Source: Amphiscolops sp. MND2022 (taxonomy: Eukaryota). Taken from it: 64,000 nt of DNA. Positions 34,161 through 46,899 of the stretch are shown here, in pieces (position 1 is the first letter of the stretch; the number at the start of each line of letters is the position of its first letter). The notes under the pieces are model-generated. The model did no database searches, was not told the origin of the DNA, and saw nothing but the letters and a program-made list of their open reading frames with translations. The translations under genes were made by a program, and so were the position numbers. The stretch is taken from NCBI GenBank assembly GCA_964187785.1, contig OZ076421.1, positions 46,748,001 to 46,812,000 of the forward strand. Reading direction: 5' to 3'.

Positions 34161-35296
34161 TGGTGACAGGAGCCTTCGAACCACAAACATCAGTTCCCGA
34201 GTTCTTAACTGGACGAATCCACACACAACCGACATTCAGAGGTCAAGCCTCAACTACCAATACAAACCACGATACTATTCTCCTAGATCCTGAAAACACA
34301 ACAGGACAGCCACAGGACCCCATAAATAGATTAGCTGATGTCCTAGTAAACCTTCAAAATAAACCCCAAAACCAATCCCTTACCATCAGACCCGTAAACA
34401 CTACCACACTGACCTTTGATGGTAAGACCAAAAAATTCGAATTATTTGAGGATCTATTCCACACAATGATCAAAATGCAACCCGAAATGTCGGAACAAAT
34501 GAAAATTAACCATTTCCATTCTTTGTTAAGGAAAAATGCGCTCCAAACATTCCGAAACATCAACTCTTCTAATCGACAAACTCTTGAGGATGTACTGATA
34601 ATTTTTAGACGGAAATACGTCAAACCGGAGTCTCAGGCTACAGCCAAACACAAATGGCACCGTCTAACATTTGACCCTAACACCATGAAACTACCGGATT
34701 TCTTGGAAGAACTGAACCAAGGAGCTGAAAAAGCGTTTGGGGAAAATGCGAAAAGCATGATAGACAGCTTACTATACGCAAAACTACCATCAAAACTGAA
34801 ACGATCCGTCAAGATGGCCAGGCTAGAGAACGGATCATACGAAGAAATAGTGGCCCACTTAGAAAGAGAACTAGAACTGAATGCACTAGAAGAATCCGAT
34901 GACCTACCCATCGCCGCTATGACATCGTCACATCCAACAGGTAGCGGAAATCTCCTTTCTTCTGGTATTGGTCCAAAAACCAACTGCACATATTGTAAAG
35001 AAGAAGGACATCATTACAAAGCTTGTCCTAAATTGAAAGCCAAGAAAAAAAGAGAAGCCAAAGAAGGGAAGAAAACAAAACCAACCTACCCTAATTGCCC
35101 CACATGTGACAAAACAAACCATCCGGCGGAAAGATGTTGGAAAGGAGCTGGAGCTCATCTCAAACCAAAGAAAAGCAAGAATGAGGATCAAACCCCAACC
35201 GACAATTCGCCCAACAAAGAAGAATCCTCAGAAAATACTCCTACCACATCAAAAACACCAACATCCATACTCAAGAATCCGAATCCAAAAAACTAA
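33596..35296 (+). CDS. Gag of element C, 566 aa
   Basis: Capsid-like FDGKTKKFELFEDLF...KINHFHSLL...RRKYVKPESQATAKHKW; zinc knuckles CTYCKEEGHHYKAC and CPTCDKTNHPAERC. Confidence 0.93.
   Translation: MPSTRSKKAKARRSREADMLSDMENLDVMLGSGEYNQIKRDIDQMTGFSNLLNRGDDEENHSMRGNSSQENEIRNMPENRGNSNLSRELDVLSGEINLRISQEINSLLNGMNSQIENAINSAISERIIPQMQGVVETVLSRQVGNVQSLSGRPQTTTEDVRNVDENNLHNRYSRSHQNLTGTEDESPYMVTGAFEPQTSVPEFLTGRIHTQPTFRGQASTTNTNHDTILLDPENTTGQPQDPINRLADVLVNLQNKPQNQSLTIRPVNTTTLTFDGKTKKFELFEDLFHTMIKMQPEMSEQMKINHFHSLLRKNALQTFRNINSSNRQTLEDVLIIFRRKYVKPESQATAKHKWHRLTFDPNTMKLPDFLEELNQGAEKAFGENAKSMIDSLLYAKLPSKLKRSVKMARLENGSYEEIVAHLERELELNALEESDDLPIAAMTSSHPTGSGNLLSSGIGPKTNCTYCKEEGHHYKACPKLKAKKKREAKEGKKTKPTYPNCPTCDKTNHPAERCWKGAGAHLKPKKSKNEDQTPTDNSPNKEESSENTPTTSKTPTSILKNPNPKN
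34161..34172 (+). promoter_or_regulatory. Primer-binding site of element C (tRNA-Leu-like)
   Basis: TGGTGACAGGAG directly after the LTR-terminal CA; the same 12-mer follows the LTR end in element E; one mismatch from the Leu-type PBS TGGTGTCAGGAG. Confidence 0.75.
35287..35293 (+). promoter_or_regulatory. -1 ribosomal frameshift heptamer A AAA AAC (gag to pol)
   Basis: X XXY YYZ pattern in gag frame directly before the TAA; the -1 frame opens into pol (KKLILPRLQ); same arrangement in element E. Confidence 0.8.
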
Positions 35297-38200
35297 TATT
35301 GCCACGACTCCAAATCTACCCTCTAACAAAAATTAGAAATTTCGTCATTTCAGACCCTCCGACGTCCATATACAAAGAATACCACAAATATACCGTGGGA
35401 ATACCAACTGTTGTCTGGCAGCAACAGATGGAAATTGCCTACATTGAAACACAACATCTAATGCACAATACTGACAAACCGCTTCCGGAATGGGAAATTA
35501 ATTACACAACTGACTTCCCCACTAGATTTCGACCGCTCACCAATATCGAAGATTATGACCCTTACTACATTGACCCGGACTATAACCGAGACCCTTATTG
35601 GGACGAAGACTTATATGACCAACAGCACCTACAATTCCATCATAACCTCCAAAGCCCAAATGTTGATCACGAAACTGATGAACCCACACAGGATAATATG
35701 CTAACAAAAGCTTTAATCCACTTATGGGAACCCAACGAAACCATCATCGACAACCAACCACAAAAACATAACATACACGAGTCGATCACCCACGATAAAA
35801 CACCACTATTAGATGAGAGCATTTTTGCTAATGTCCTCATTTCCACAGAAGGACACATGCCCTACGTTCCACTATCAACGAACTTAAGCCTTAAATATAA
35901 AAGGAGAATGCTTTACTTCCCTATGGACTTTGGAGAACTGACAATTGATGGACTTGTTGACACCGGAGCACTCACAAGTGCAATACCGGAATCAGACCTC
36001 CGGAAAATCAAACTTCTTACTCCCCAATCGATCATCAAAGAAGGACCCCCACCAGGCTTCCAAATAATGGTGGCCAATGGCCAACTAGAAATGCCTAAAG
36101 CAACAGTCGAACTCAAATTCGAAGTGGGAGATATTGAATTCCATGAAATATTCATCGTAATGGACAACCTCACGGGACCAATAATAGGTCTCATGTTCCT
36201 ACAAAGAAACCACACAGTATTGGACACGAGACAAGGGATACTCAACTTCCCCTACTTCTCCATGCAACTTAAAACTGCTGACCATAAATATTCCAATGTC
36301 CTGGAACCAATACTTAACCCATGTGACATTACCATTCCACCCAATGACAGAGTAACAATTCGAACCCAATCCCATATTTACTCTGAATTCAATATAACTG
36401 ACATCCTACAGCCTAGTGACACTCTTCATGAGGAAGGTGATGTAACGTTTTGCCCAGGTATCGTAACCCTCTCAGAAGGCAATACCAAGGTACATATAAC
36501 CAATTTCTCCGACCACCCCTTTTATGTCAAAAAAGGCTTACACATAGCCAACTTCTCAGTTCTAACTCCAGATTAGTTGAAAAACATACAACCAGTGGAC
36601 CCCGTGGCCACATGGCACTTGCTCCAAGACAATGATGATAACGCAATACAGTATGTCAGCAGCCTACTCAAAACTCACAGAAATAATGAAGAAGTAAATC
36701 AATACTGGTTTCCAACACCAGAGAACCCAGGCGATGAATCCACCCATACTCCCATTCAAAGACGAATACTCACAGAGCTACGAAATCTACAAGAGCTAGA
36801 ACAACTCAATCCACTACAAGATGAACAATCAAGACAACAATTTCTGAGTAATTTCCACTGGCAAGACTCCATGCACAAGAAATCGCAACAATAGAAAACC
36901 TTCTAGTCGAATTTCACGACATCTTTGCCAGACACCGATTTGACATAGGAATGAACGAAGAATTCACTGTCAAACTAACACCAAAGGACGACTCTCCTGC
37001 ATCCAGTCAAAGCCTACCAACTCCAGTAAACCTCAAAGAAGACATACTAGTTGAATTAGCTCTTCTACATAAATACGGAATCATAACAACACTGCCATTC
37101 TCAAAATACGCGAGTCCCATATTCGCACAGAAAAAACCAAACGGCAAGTTGCGCCTTCTAGTAGATCTCAGGAAAATTAACAATCTCATTTCTGATGACT
37201 ACATAAATAATAACCAACCGGTCAGTACGTTGACTGACGCAGCCCAACACATGGCAGGCAAGAAATTATTCTGTAAACTAGACTGCTCACAAGCCTATCA
37301 TTGCCTACAAATGGCTGACCAAAGGTCAATTGAATTATTGGCATTCAACTTCGCAAGCCGAACATTTGCGTATAGAAGACTTGCCCAAGGTCTTAGTAGA
37401 GCTTTGTCTGCTTTTTCTAGCTTTATGAGAGAATACCTGGACAAAGTCATTAAAGCGAACCAATGCGCCCAATATGTCGATGATATTGGCATAGCAGCCA
37501 ACAATGCAACACAACTAACCATTAACTTGCGTGAAACGTTCAAATGTATCAGGAAGGCAGGACTGAAATTAACCATGCACAAATGCCATTTTGGCGCCCG
37601 AGAAAATAACTTTCTAGGCCGAACGATCACACCAGACGGAGTAAAACCGCAAAAGATGAACGTACAAAACTTCCTACAAAAAACCAAATTCCCAAAATCC
37701 AAAAAAGCATTACAAAGATACCTCGGATTCTTGAACTACTATAGAAATTATATCCCAAGGCTATCAGAAAAGTTAGCACCATTTTTCCAACTCCTCAAAA
37801 ATGACGATAAAGTATTAGTTACGCAAGAACTAATACAACAATTCAACGCCATAAACAAGGATTTAGACCGTTGTTGTGACTTAGCACTTAAACAACCCTT
37901 GTCCAATAAACAATTGGCTCTAATGACGGACTCTAGCTTTTCAGCAGCAGGATACGCCCTTCTTACGGAAGACGATCCGGAACAAAAATACACTTCCACA
38001 AGGAGAGCTTATGCACCCATAGCATATGGATCAAAGACATTCACCCCCTCACAAGTAAAAATGTCCATCTATGCAAAAGAATTCTTAGCCATATACTTTG
38101 CATTTAAAGCATTTGGACATATCTTTTGGGGTGCACCACAACCAGTAACCATTCTCACAGATAACAAAGGGGTAACCCGATTCTTCCAAACAAAAATAAT

Positions 38201-40499
38201 ACCACCACCACTTTGGAACGCGTGTGACTACGTAATCCAATTCAACTTTACGATAGCATACATTCCTGGGAAAAACAATACAGCTGCAGACTATCTCTCT
38301 AGACTAGAAATGGACCCCAAAGAGAAACTAACACTTACAATACGAGAAGACATAGTCACAAAGCCGATAGAGGTCAATATACAATCGGCTGGGGTAGCTG
38401 AAGAAGAACAAATATTCTATACAGAAGACGACGATGAAACGGAACAACAAATGTGGGAACGAAAACGTATAGCGAAAGAAAAGCCCTACAATGTCGAATC
38501 ATCAATAACAATGACACTGACACTACTATTAAACTACGCCTCAACAAAACAAATCAAATTGCAGTCGAACAGATTAAGGATGGAACACTAGTACAACTTA
38601 AAGCAAAGATACAGAAAGAAGCCTACTCTGAAGAAGCTCTCCTTCGAGACATCAGATACAAACACTACCTTAGAAATGCAGATCGTATCGTATTACGCGA
38701 CGAAGTCTTAACACGTCAATACTTTGGTGAGAAAGGACAAATAAAGTACCTCCAAATTTTACTCCCACAACACCTGGTCTCAACACTATTAGAATCTCTC
38801 CACGGACAAGCTCATAGACATCCGGGCATAGCAAAGATGTTACAAGAGATCAGGCAAAATACTACTATCCTGGCATAGCCAAATTAGTTAAAAGATGGGT
38901 ACAAGGCTGTGAAATATGTGCAAAAGAAAAACGTACACCAAATACAACAATCACACCTGAACTACTCAACTTACCTGAATGGGACTTAGGACCAGAAGAC
39001 GAGATGCAAATAGATCTCCTACCCAACTTACCACCTAGTGGCGGATACAACTGCATCATAACAGCCATTGATGTTTTTTCTCGGTACCTGTTTGCATACC
39101 CACTAATAGAGGCGACAGCAACATCAACAGCGAAAGTATTAATTGATATAATGACCAAGCATTCATACCTCCCTACAACGCTGTTAAATGATAAAGGTTC
39201 AGTATTCACATCAATTATAATTGAAGAAATAACCAAAATATTAGGCATTACCTTGAAATGTGCCACAACGAAACACCCACAAACAATAGGTAAACTTGAA
39301 CGAACACACGCTTCGCTTAAGGCAAATTTTAAAGTGGCTTCTGGTGAATATAGACGACAATGGCACAAATACCTACCACTAGCAGTGCTGAATTATAACA
39401 CATCATACCACACGAGCATTGGGTGTGAGCCGACCCGGGTTTTTCACGGCAGAATACCATTTAATATCTTAGACCATAAACTGGGATTAAATCCCAATGA
39501 GAAAATATTACCTACTACAGATTTCGCCGAAGAATTGCAACGAAAAACGCAAATACTCATAGATCAAACAAAACACAACGTAATGCAATCCTATCTAAAA
39601 TACAAAGAGTATTACGATCGCAAAGCCCGTGCAGCCCCACTACAAGAAAAGGATTATTGCTTTGTCTTACAGCCAAAGGCAGACAACCAGGGATCTAAAA
39701 TTTCGTGATTTCCCATTTCGTGATTATAAATGGGTCGGTCCTTACATTGTCCAAAAAGCCTTACCAAACGACAACTACATAATCCGAAAAATCAATACCA
39801 ATAAAACTCAAAATTTACATCGTATACGATTGAAAAAGTTTATTCCCAATAAACCGATTACTGACTCATATCAGAATGAACAGCTGCAACAGGATAATGA
39901 TATTACTATTCCGCAAGATGATCTTTACGCCCTAACATGGGAAACAGACTTTGGAAATACAATCTCGGAACAGTCTGAGCATATGTCCAACACAGTGTCT
40001 GATAGACAATGCCGAAGCGGCAAACGAATCTACTGTAACTCGTATACGAATAGATAGCGAGCCGAACAATATTGACGTCAATGATTCGTCTTCAACGAGT
40101 AATGCTACAAACACGAATGACGTCATGCAAAATATTAATGACGCAAGCGATAATAGTCGTGTCCCAGACTTGTCCGAACAGCGTCAAAACTATGAAAGCA
40201 TTCCAAAAACGAATACCAATAAATATTCCGATAAAGCGAATGCAAATGGTAGTGTCTCGGATTTGTCCAAACAGCCAGATCGGAATGAAAAAGATATAAA
40301 TGAAAATGAAACAAGGAATGAACCGCAAACAACGGATAACCCTGAAAATAATTTTTCTACAGGGGGAGATATTACCGTGACCGGAATATCGGAAGGTGAT
40401 CAAAATAAGGTTATGAATGAAAGCACTAGTCCCAGAGGAGGGAAATATAATCTTCGACCTAACCCCACCCACAACTACACTGATGAATACAGATACTAA
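35287..40499 (+). pseudogene. pol of element C (PR-RT-RH-IN), disrupted
   Basis: LVDTGA protease, YVDD RT, MTDSS and TDNKG RNase H, HGQAHRH zinc finger, QIDLL, NDKGS and LERTH integrase core, WVGPY; in-frame stop at 36574-36576 and several frameshifts. Confidence 0.95.
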
Positions 40500-40712
40500 A
40501 CAAAAGTAAATTCACCGTCCTTATATACATAATACTTGTCTTTTGGACGGAAATGTATATCAAAACCTGATCTGAGTGTCTAGAACAAGAATAAAATAAA
40601 TAAAACATACTGATCACTCAAAGAGTTACAAACTAAAACGAGGTGGAAGCCTCAACGACTAGACAAAATAGTAGCAACTCACAAAAGTTTTACATAAAGT
40701 AAATTAAAACAC

Positions 40713-43700
40713 TCATTTGCCTGGAATCTTGAGCAGGCTCGCAGCGCTCTGGGCAACTAGAGACTTGCTCAAACTGCCGAAACATGTTCCGGGACGAACT
40801 CGTTGGGAACCTCGGAGAGGCGCCAAAGTAGAAGCGACTCCTCCTTCTGGCCGACCACTAGATTTCTTGGGTCTGGACCTTCTTGAGAGCAATTGTTTAT
40901 AACTGGAGCTCAACCTTTTATGGATTTTAAAACGACCAAAAAGATCAACGCTACGCCAGGGATCGTAGCTGGCATCAAACCCGTCTTCACCAAAGTCCAT
41001 ACACAACTTAGAAAACTCCTCGAGAGCCTTGTCTGTTGTACATACTGGGATGGATTGGGGGAGATTGGCGAGAAGTGACTGCACAGGCAGGATAACATCA
41101 GTCGAACGGCAACTCGGATTAGCAGTACTGACATTACCAAAAGTAACAAGGGGCAGATTGGGGGACATGTCAGTCAGACAAAGGCAACTGAGTTTAAATA
41201 AATGAAACACATGTTTACGCTCCCTCAAGGCAGGCAGTTTCGACAAAAAGTCGACCAGATCGTGAAGGGCGGTAGGAGTACTAGTTAAAGACACTCTTGA
41301 TCCTCGTAGATGAGTTAGCACGGCAATATACTCATCTCTGCAGGTCTGTTCTCCTGCATCCTGCACCCATCCACGCAAACGGAAGCCACGATACAACTCT
41401 GCGAAGCACTTGGTTGCGAAGTCCAAGGGCATCTCATACATTACATGAGGGTCAAAGCTGGCCATCCCACGGACATTGTTGGTCGTCATTGTGACATGCT
41501 TCCGGGCCCCTTCAATTAAAAACAAATAATAGTGTCGGGCAAGATCACAAAACTCGGTCCGCATGCTTGAACGAAGGGAGTCAACTCTAGCAAGGTCCAG
41601 TTTCTTGTCACTGAGTTCGGATACTGCTTTTATCTTTAGCGATTGATCGAATTTGCTGGTGAGATTCAACCGATGTAAGAAATCATCAGCAAGCAACGCT
41701 TCCTGACCTTCTAAGTGTAGACCCAGCAGCCCAGTCCAATCGTCGTCTGAAGGTATACAGCGGTTAACTAGGCAGCGTACACACAACTTGTGGATAAATC
41801 GGGCAAGTTGTCCAAATACGTAGAACCCGGCGTCGCGTTTATTCCTGAGGGAACGATCAAAGCAGGAAACAACTGAAACACAGTATCTATAAGAACAATC
41901 CCAATATGAAAATGGATGATACAAAAACACACTAACAATCGTGTACAATCCGGGAGAAGAGTTCTAAACGGACAGTTTAAGAGGTCATCCATGAGGATCA
42001 TCCAGTCCAGAGTCTGGGGCTGAAAGACAAAGCACGACTTGATTCATACTAACCGGGTACGACTACCAATCAAAAGGACAAAAGGTTAAACCAACCTTAT
42101 TCTTGATGCCTCTCATCTCGTGGTCTCTAGTATGCGTTCTGAGGAAGCTGGTAACTTCTGTCCAGTGTGACAAGAGTTCATGGCAGAGCAGAGGCAATGT
42201 GATAATGTCAAACTTACAAGAGACAATGGCCTAAAATAAAGAACGCTCGATAACAACAGCTCAGGTAAAATTACCAATGATTGAGCAAACTGAGAGTTAC
42301 CTTAGAGAGTTCAGGGCATTCCAGTGTCCAAGTGTAGGTCAAACTGCCTCCGAGCGACACGATAAGTCCTTGTAACACGGAGAAAAAATCGATCCGCTGG
42401 AAGATGCTGTAACTATCGCGGTGCATAATACTCTGCAGGTTTACGCTCTCAAATCGGAAAGGCGATTGCAAGGTCTTTTGGAAGATGCCAGACTCATCAA
42501 CAACTTGGATGAAATCAGCTGAGCAGCCAGAACATGTGACCAATTGTGGCTTAGTTGACACAACAGATAAGATGCGGGATAAAGCACCCATCTCGCCTGC
42601 TAAAGGGGACTCTGGACGCCAAAGCGACAAAGGAACGCCTTGACTAGTGTGTCTTCTTTCCAAAATCTGACGTACACAAACTTGAAACGTCCTTCAACCT
42701 CTACTTCCATGGCGAACTGTCTGGTCGTCAGCAACTGTTGTCCCAGATCTTTTATCAAGCTCGTGAAGAAATGATGGAATATGGCCTAAAAGGAAACAAA
42801 TATAAAACAATTTGTGCAGAAGAGAACCAAAGGAAAACCAAATCAAAATATCAGAGGCTGTTTCAAACTAGTGGCAATAAGGACAATGAGAAACTTCAAA
42901 ACATGATAGGCAAAAGGCACTTACAGTTAACTTCTCATCGCTCCAATCAAAGTCAGCGAAAAGACTTTGGTGGTTGGTAAACGTCCCAACGTTGTTCCAA
43001 ATTCCCCGCAACAAAGAAAAATCACCACTCGATTTGAGGAAGTCTCCTACGAGGCACAACTGAGTATAAGGACGACTAGTTCCTGGGGTTACACTCTCCC
43101 GGGATGCCTTGAAATCCTCATAGAAAGGTAATTTTTCGCCGATCTCGACCAGGTCTTCTTTGACAAAATTTGCCAATTCCATTTCTAGCTCGAGTTTACC
43201 AAGTAGCTCTCCCTTCTTATTCCGGACGAAATGGGTTACGCTACCACTAATGAGGTCAGTCTGACTAAGATGAGTGTAACGCCATTTCTGATCTTTCCGA
43301 AAGTGCTCTCTAGAAGCGTAGTGTCGTTTCACCTCCGCGGCTCCCTTGCCATAAATAGATACATTTCGGCAACAAATCTGGCAAAAAAATCAATTGGGAT
43401 TCTCAAGGGGGTTCATAGGACCAGATACGAATACTCGTGCCCACTCAATCTTTCTGAAACAACTCTCCTTGAACACTTTGTCAGGCCGACTCATCCGCGG
43501 CTTCTTGGGTGGGGGCTCTCCAACTCCAACACTACGAGTGATTTTGGCATCACCTCTAAGCCGGGAAAATTCTTTGACAGCTTCCTTCTGCAAAGTGGCT
43601 AGGGTCATTTTCTCCTGACTACTGCCAGAAGGTCCGGGGGATTCTCCAGTTCCCATCATAGGGCTCGCCAAAGGCGTGTCTCTGGTGGTTATCCAATGTC

Positions 43701-44777
43701 AGTCTGACCACAATCGCTAAGGTCACTGTCCCCTGTGCGGATGGCCCCGCTAGTGACGCTTTCAGAGTCACTGCAGACGGGACACACGTCACTTCCGGAA
43801 GTTGATCCCGCAAAAGAAGGTAATGGTGTGGCAGCTCTAAATCTCCGCGTTGATTGTGACTTGGACTGTTGTGGTGGGGGAAACGAACTGCTTGGCAACT
43901 GCGCAGCCTGACGAAGTAACCCTCCCATCATCTCGAAGGATGCGTGAACGGTCTCGTCGCACGCGACTCGGATGAGGTTGTAGACTTGGTCCTCACTAAA
44001 CGCCACAGTGGTGTGGTCTTTGGACAATTCAATAGGGGCATTGGTCTCGAAATATTTCTTCAGCAGGGATCGACTTGGGCCGCTAAGACGTCTCAAGTGC
44101 GGGAACGGGTCCAACGTGTTCAGCACTGTCCCTCCTTGAATCCCTCGAGAACTAGAGGGGGTGGCCCCAGAATCGTCTGTATCTTGTGGGTCTAGACTTC
44201 CTCCCAACTGATGAGAGCAGTGAAGGACATTGAAACAAGGTTCCCCTTCAGCCACAACAGTTCCCGTGTCTGAATCCGGAAATAAAGTGTTAGGGTTCAG
44301 AGCAACGGCATTGTCTCCGAGACTAAGAACATCAGAATCATTGTCTGATTGTGATTCTCCAACCCGAGGCGGAATAGGAAGCAGAGAGAAAGCGTGCTTG
44401 GATGGAGTTTTGGCGCAAGACTGGACTGGTTTTGGGGCATTTTTATCCACGTGCTCCTCTAAGCCAGAACTAGCAATGCGAGGGGTTGAAGATGGAGGCA
44501 AATAGTCAGGAACCATGCCCGGGGAGCTGGGTGGATCACCAATTGTGACTGAAGTGACTTGCTCAGGAGAGATTAATTCTTGCCCAGATTCAACTTGGGA
44601 GATGTAAGATTGGGCATATTGATTAACGTCCTCTTGGGAACTCCCACTAGAAGCGAATAAGCCTGCAGCCGATGAAGCTTCCTTGGGAGGGGGCTGGTTG
44701 AGGCAAATCCCGGTCGTACTCCCGCTTTCCTCTAGGGGTTTATCACTCGTTGTTTTCGGATCTTTAGTCTTCTCCAT
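40713..44777 (-). pseudogene. Antisense intron-containing accessory gene of element C: disordered N-terminus, BED-like zinc finger and hAT-transposase-like body; disrupted
   Basis: FFCQICCRNVSIYGKGAAEVKRHYASREH (~43300-43389); fragments align with the intact gene of element E; GT-AG introns inferred at 42786-42924, 42231-42300, 42020-42095 and about 41873-41932; stop at 43390-43392 and frameshifts. Confidence 0.75.
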
Positions 44778-46002
44778 GTCTAAACGAAAGGGAATGACTC
44801 TACGCGGAACACTTCCTGAGTAAAAATCCATTTAGCCGCATTAAAGAGCTTCCGGGAGCTATATCTGAAATTTTTCCACGTTTTAAACGCGTGTATTTTA
44901 TGGAGGAAGTTTTGTTGCAGAAAACCCTGATCAAGTTTAGCCTGCACAACATGAAAACACGAAATGAAAACATACCTGAGACCGGAAATGGTGAGCAACA
45001 CCGGAAATGATTTTCTTCTCCTTCCTGGCTAAAGGGAAATTCGCCGACAAAAGAAATCGCACACGACGTAAGAAAAGACTAAAGCAGCAGCACTAAGTGT
45101 GGAAATGAAATTGAAGAAACTGGCCAAAAGTATTGGTATTACGAATAAAAAGGCTGAGGTAGTAAAAAGAGAGATTTTGGGCAACTTGAGAATACTTGAA
45201 TGATAGTATAAAACAATGAAAGTAAACTGATAACAATAAGACTAGACTGAAACAAGGTAATTAAAACGGTAATTGAAAGAGCGGTATAGCAATTGAGTGA
45301 GACGACTGTACAACAGCGTAAAGGCAATGAGCAAATGGACGTTTCAATAGATTAATGTAACGAAGGTGAAAAGTAAATAAAGCGGAATGGTTAATTGGAG
45401 ATCGTGGCAACGAGACAATTGAGCGTACATGCACGCGAACAAAGCAAAGCACATTTAGTCTGCCAGCTTAGTGTGCTTTAATATGTCCACCTGATGTCCA
45501 TTTAGACAAGGACGGACAAAGAAAATTCAGAAAAGAAAACCTTGAATAAAGAAATATTATTTCGACATAAAAAATTAAAATTAGTTAGCAGATACATGAA
45601 AACTATTAAATTATCAGAGCAATATGATTGGCTGAAAGACTGAGGAATCTAGCGCGAAAACAAACCTTAAATACCCACTTGAAAGGTGATAATTCAGATG
45701 GGGATAGGTAGTAAACAACCAGAGGAGCAGTTGAAGTGGATTGAGGCGTTGTTGTGAAGTCCTTGAGCCGAGGTAAGGCAAGCACTTTAGTTCTCATTCA
45801 GAAAGAACTTGAAAGAAGAAACTTACCTTGCCGACAATAGCGGTCTTGAGGAGAGGGGGAACTTATCCCGGGAAATTGGGAAATAAAATCTCCAGTAAAC
45901 CAAAACCTTAACCTGAAATACTCATTCCGCAACTAATTCCTCTATAGTTCAGTTGGACTCAGCGAAGAAATTGCAAAGAAATATTTAAAAAGAAAATACG
46001 AG

Positions 46003-46899
46003 ATGGACTCACAATTTCATCTTGAAGCCGTACAAAATTCTCTTTACTCTGAGATAATCACAATATCTAGTGATGAAGAAGAGGCCTTCAGTGAACCTAT
46101 CTCAGTGGTGTCATCAGAATTTGAAGAAAACATGATGGATGTGGAGGCCCAACTACTAGCTATGAGCATTGACGACCAACTCTCAACACCAGTGGCTGTG
46201 AGAGGGAGGCAAATGACACTTGACCTACAAACAGACTGCAGCCCCGAGTCTACTCCATTACACTGTGGTGGTCCTCGCTTGGAGTATGAAATGCCGGGAA
46301 CAAGCCGGATGACTGGGCAGGCTGATGAGAGGTCAAGAGGCTGGGATCACCCAATCGCTGGGTGTTGTAAGTAAATACCCTTTGTGGACACCCCCATGTC
46401 TCCACCACTACATTAGAGAGGGTTCATGACCACTCCACTAAACGATTTATCCAGATCCTGTTACCAACCTAAAATGGTGTCAGTTGCAACACAAACAGTT
46501 CCAATATTAGACGTGGTACCTCCGCCAACTCCGGCGATTCCTTATGGGGCTTCAACAAGACCAAGAAGCTACGCCCACTTCCCAATTGGGCAACAAATGC
46601 AAGTACCTGGGTGTTACCAACAAGGGCAATTTACGGATTGCATGATTTGTGGGAAACCCTTTGAACAAATTGCTGATGAAATAGTAATCGACTTCATTCA
46701 TCATACGGAATATCCTGGAGAACCCTACTATGTTAAAGAGGCAAGGAGAAGAGCATTCATAGAAGGTATGCACGCTGGTACTTACTTTCTCATTCCTCGG
46801 GGAGTGTCCCAGGCGGCCGCCTGTGATGGAAACGTCTACGCCATTCCCCAGGGAGCTATATTGACCAACACGACACCAAACAACCTGCCTCTACTTTAA
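46003..46899 (+). pseudogene. Small sense accessory ORF of element C (about 298 codons, two in-frame stops) running into the 3' LTR
   Basis: ORFs 46003-46374 and 46426-46899 share a frame; acidic IITISSDEEE N-terminus; CMIC motif; candidate acceptor TTCCTCTATAG near 45946. Confidence 0.6.
46799..46804 (+). promoter_or_regulatory. Polypurine tract of element C
   Basis: GGGGAG directly before the TGTCCC start of the 3' LTR; similar to the PPT of element A. Confidence 0.65.
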
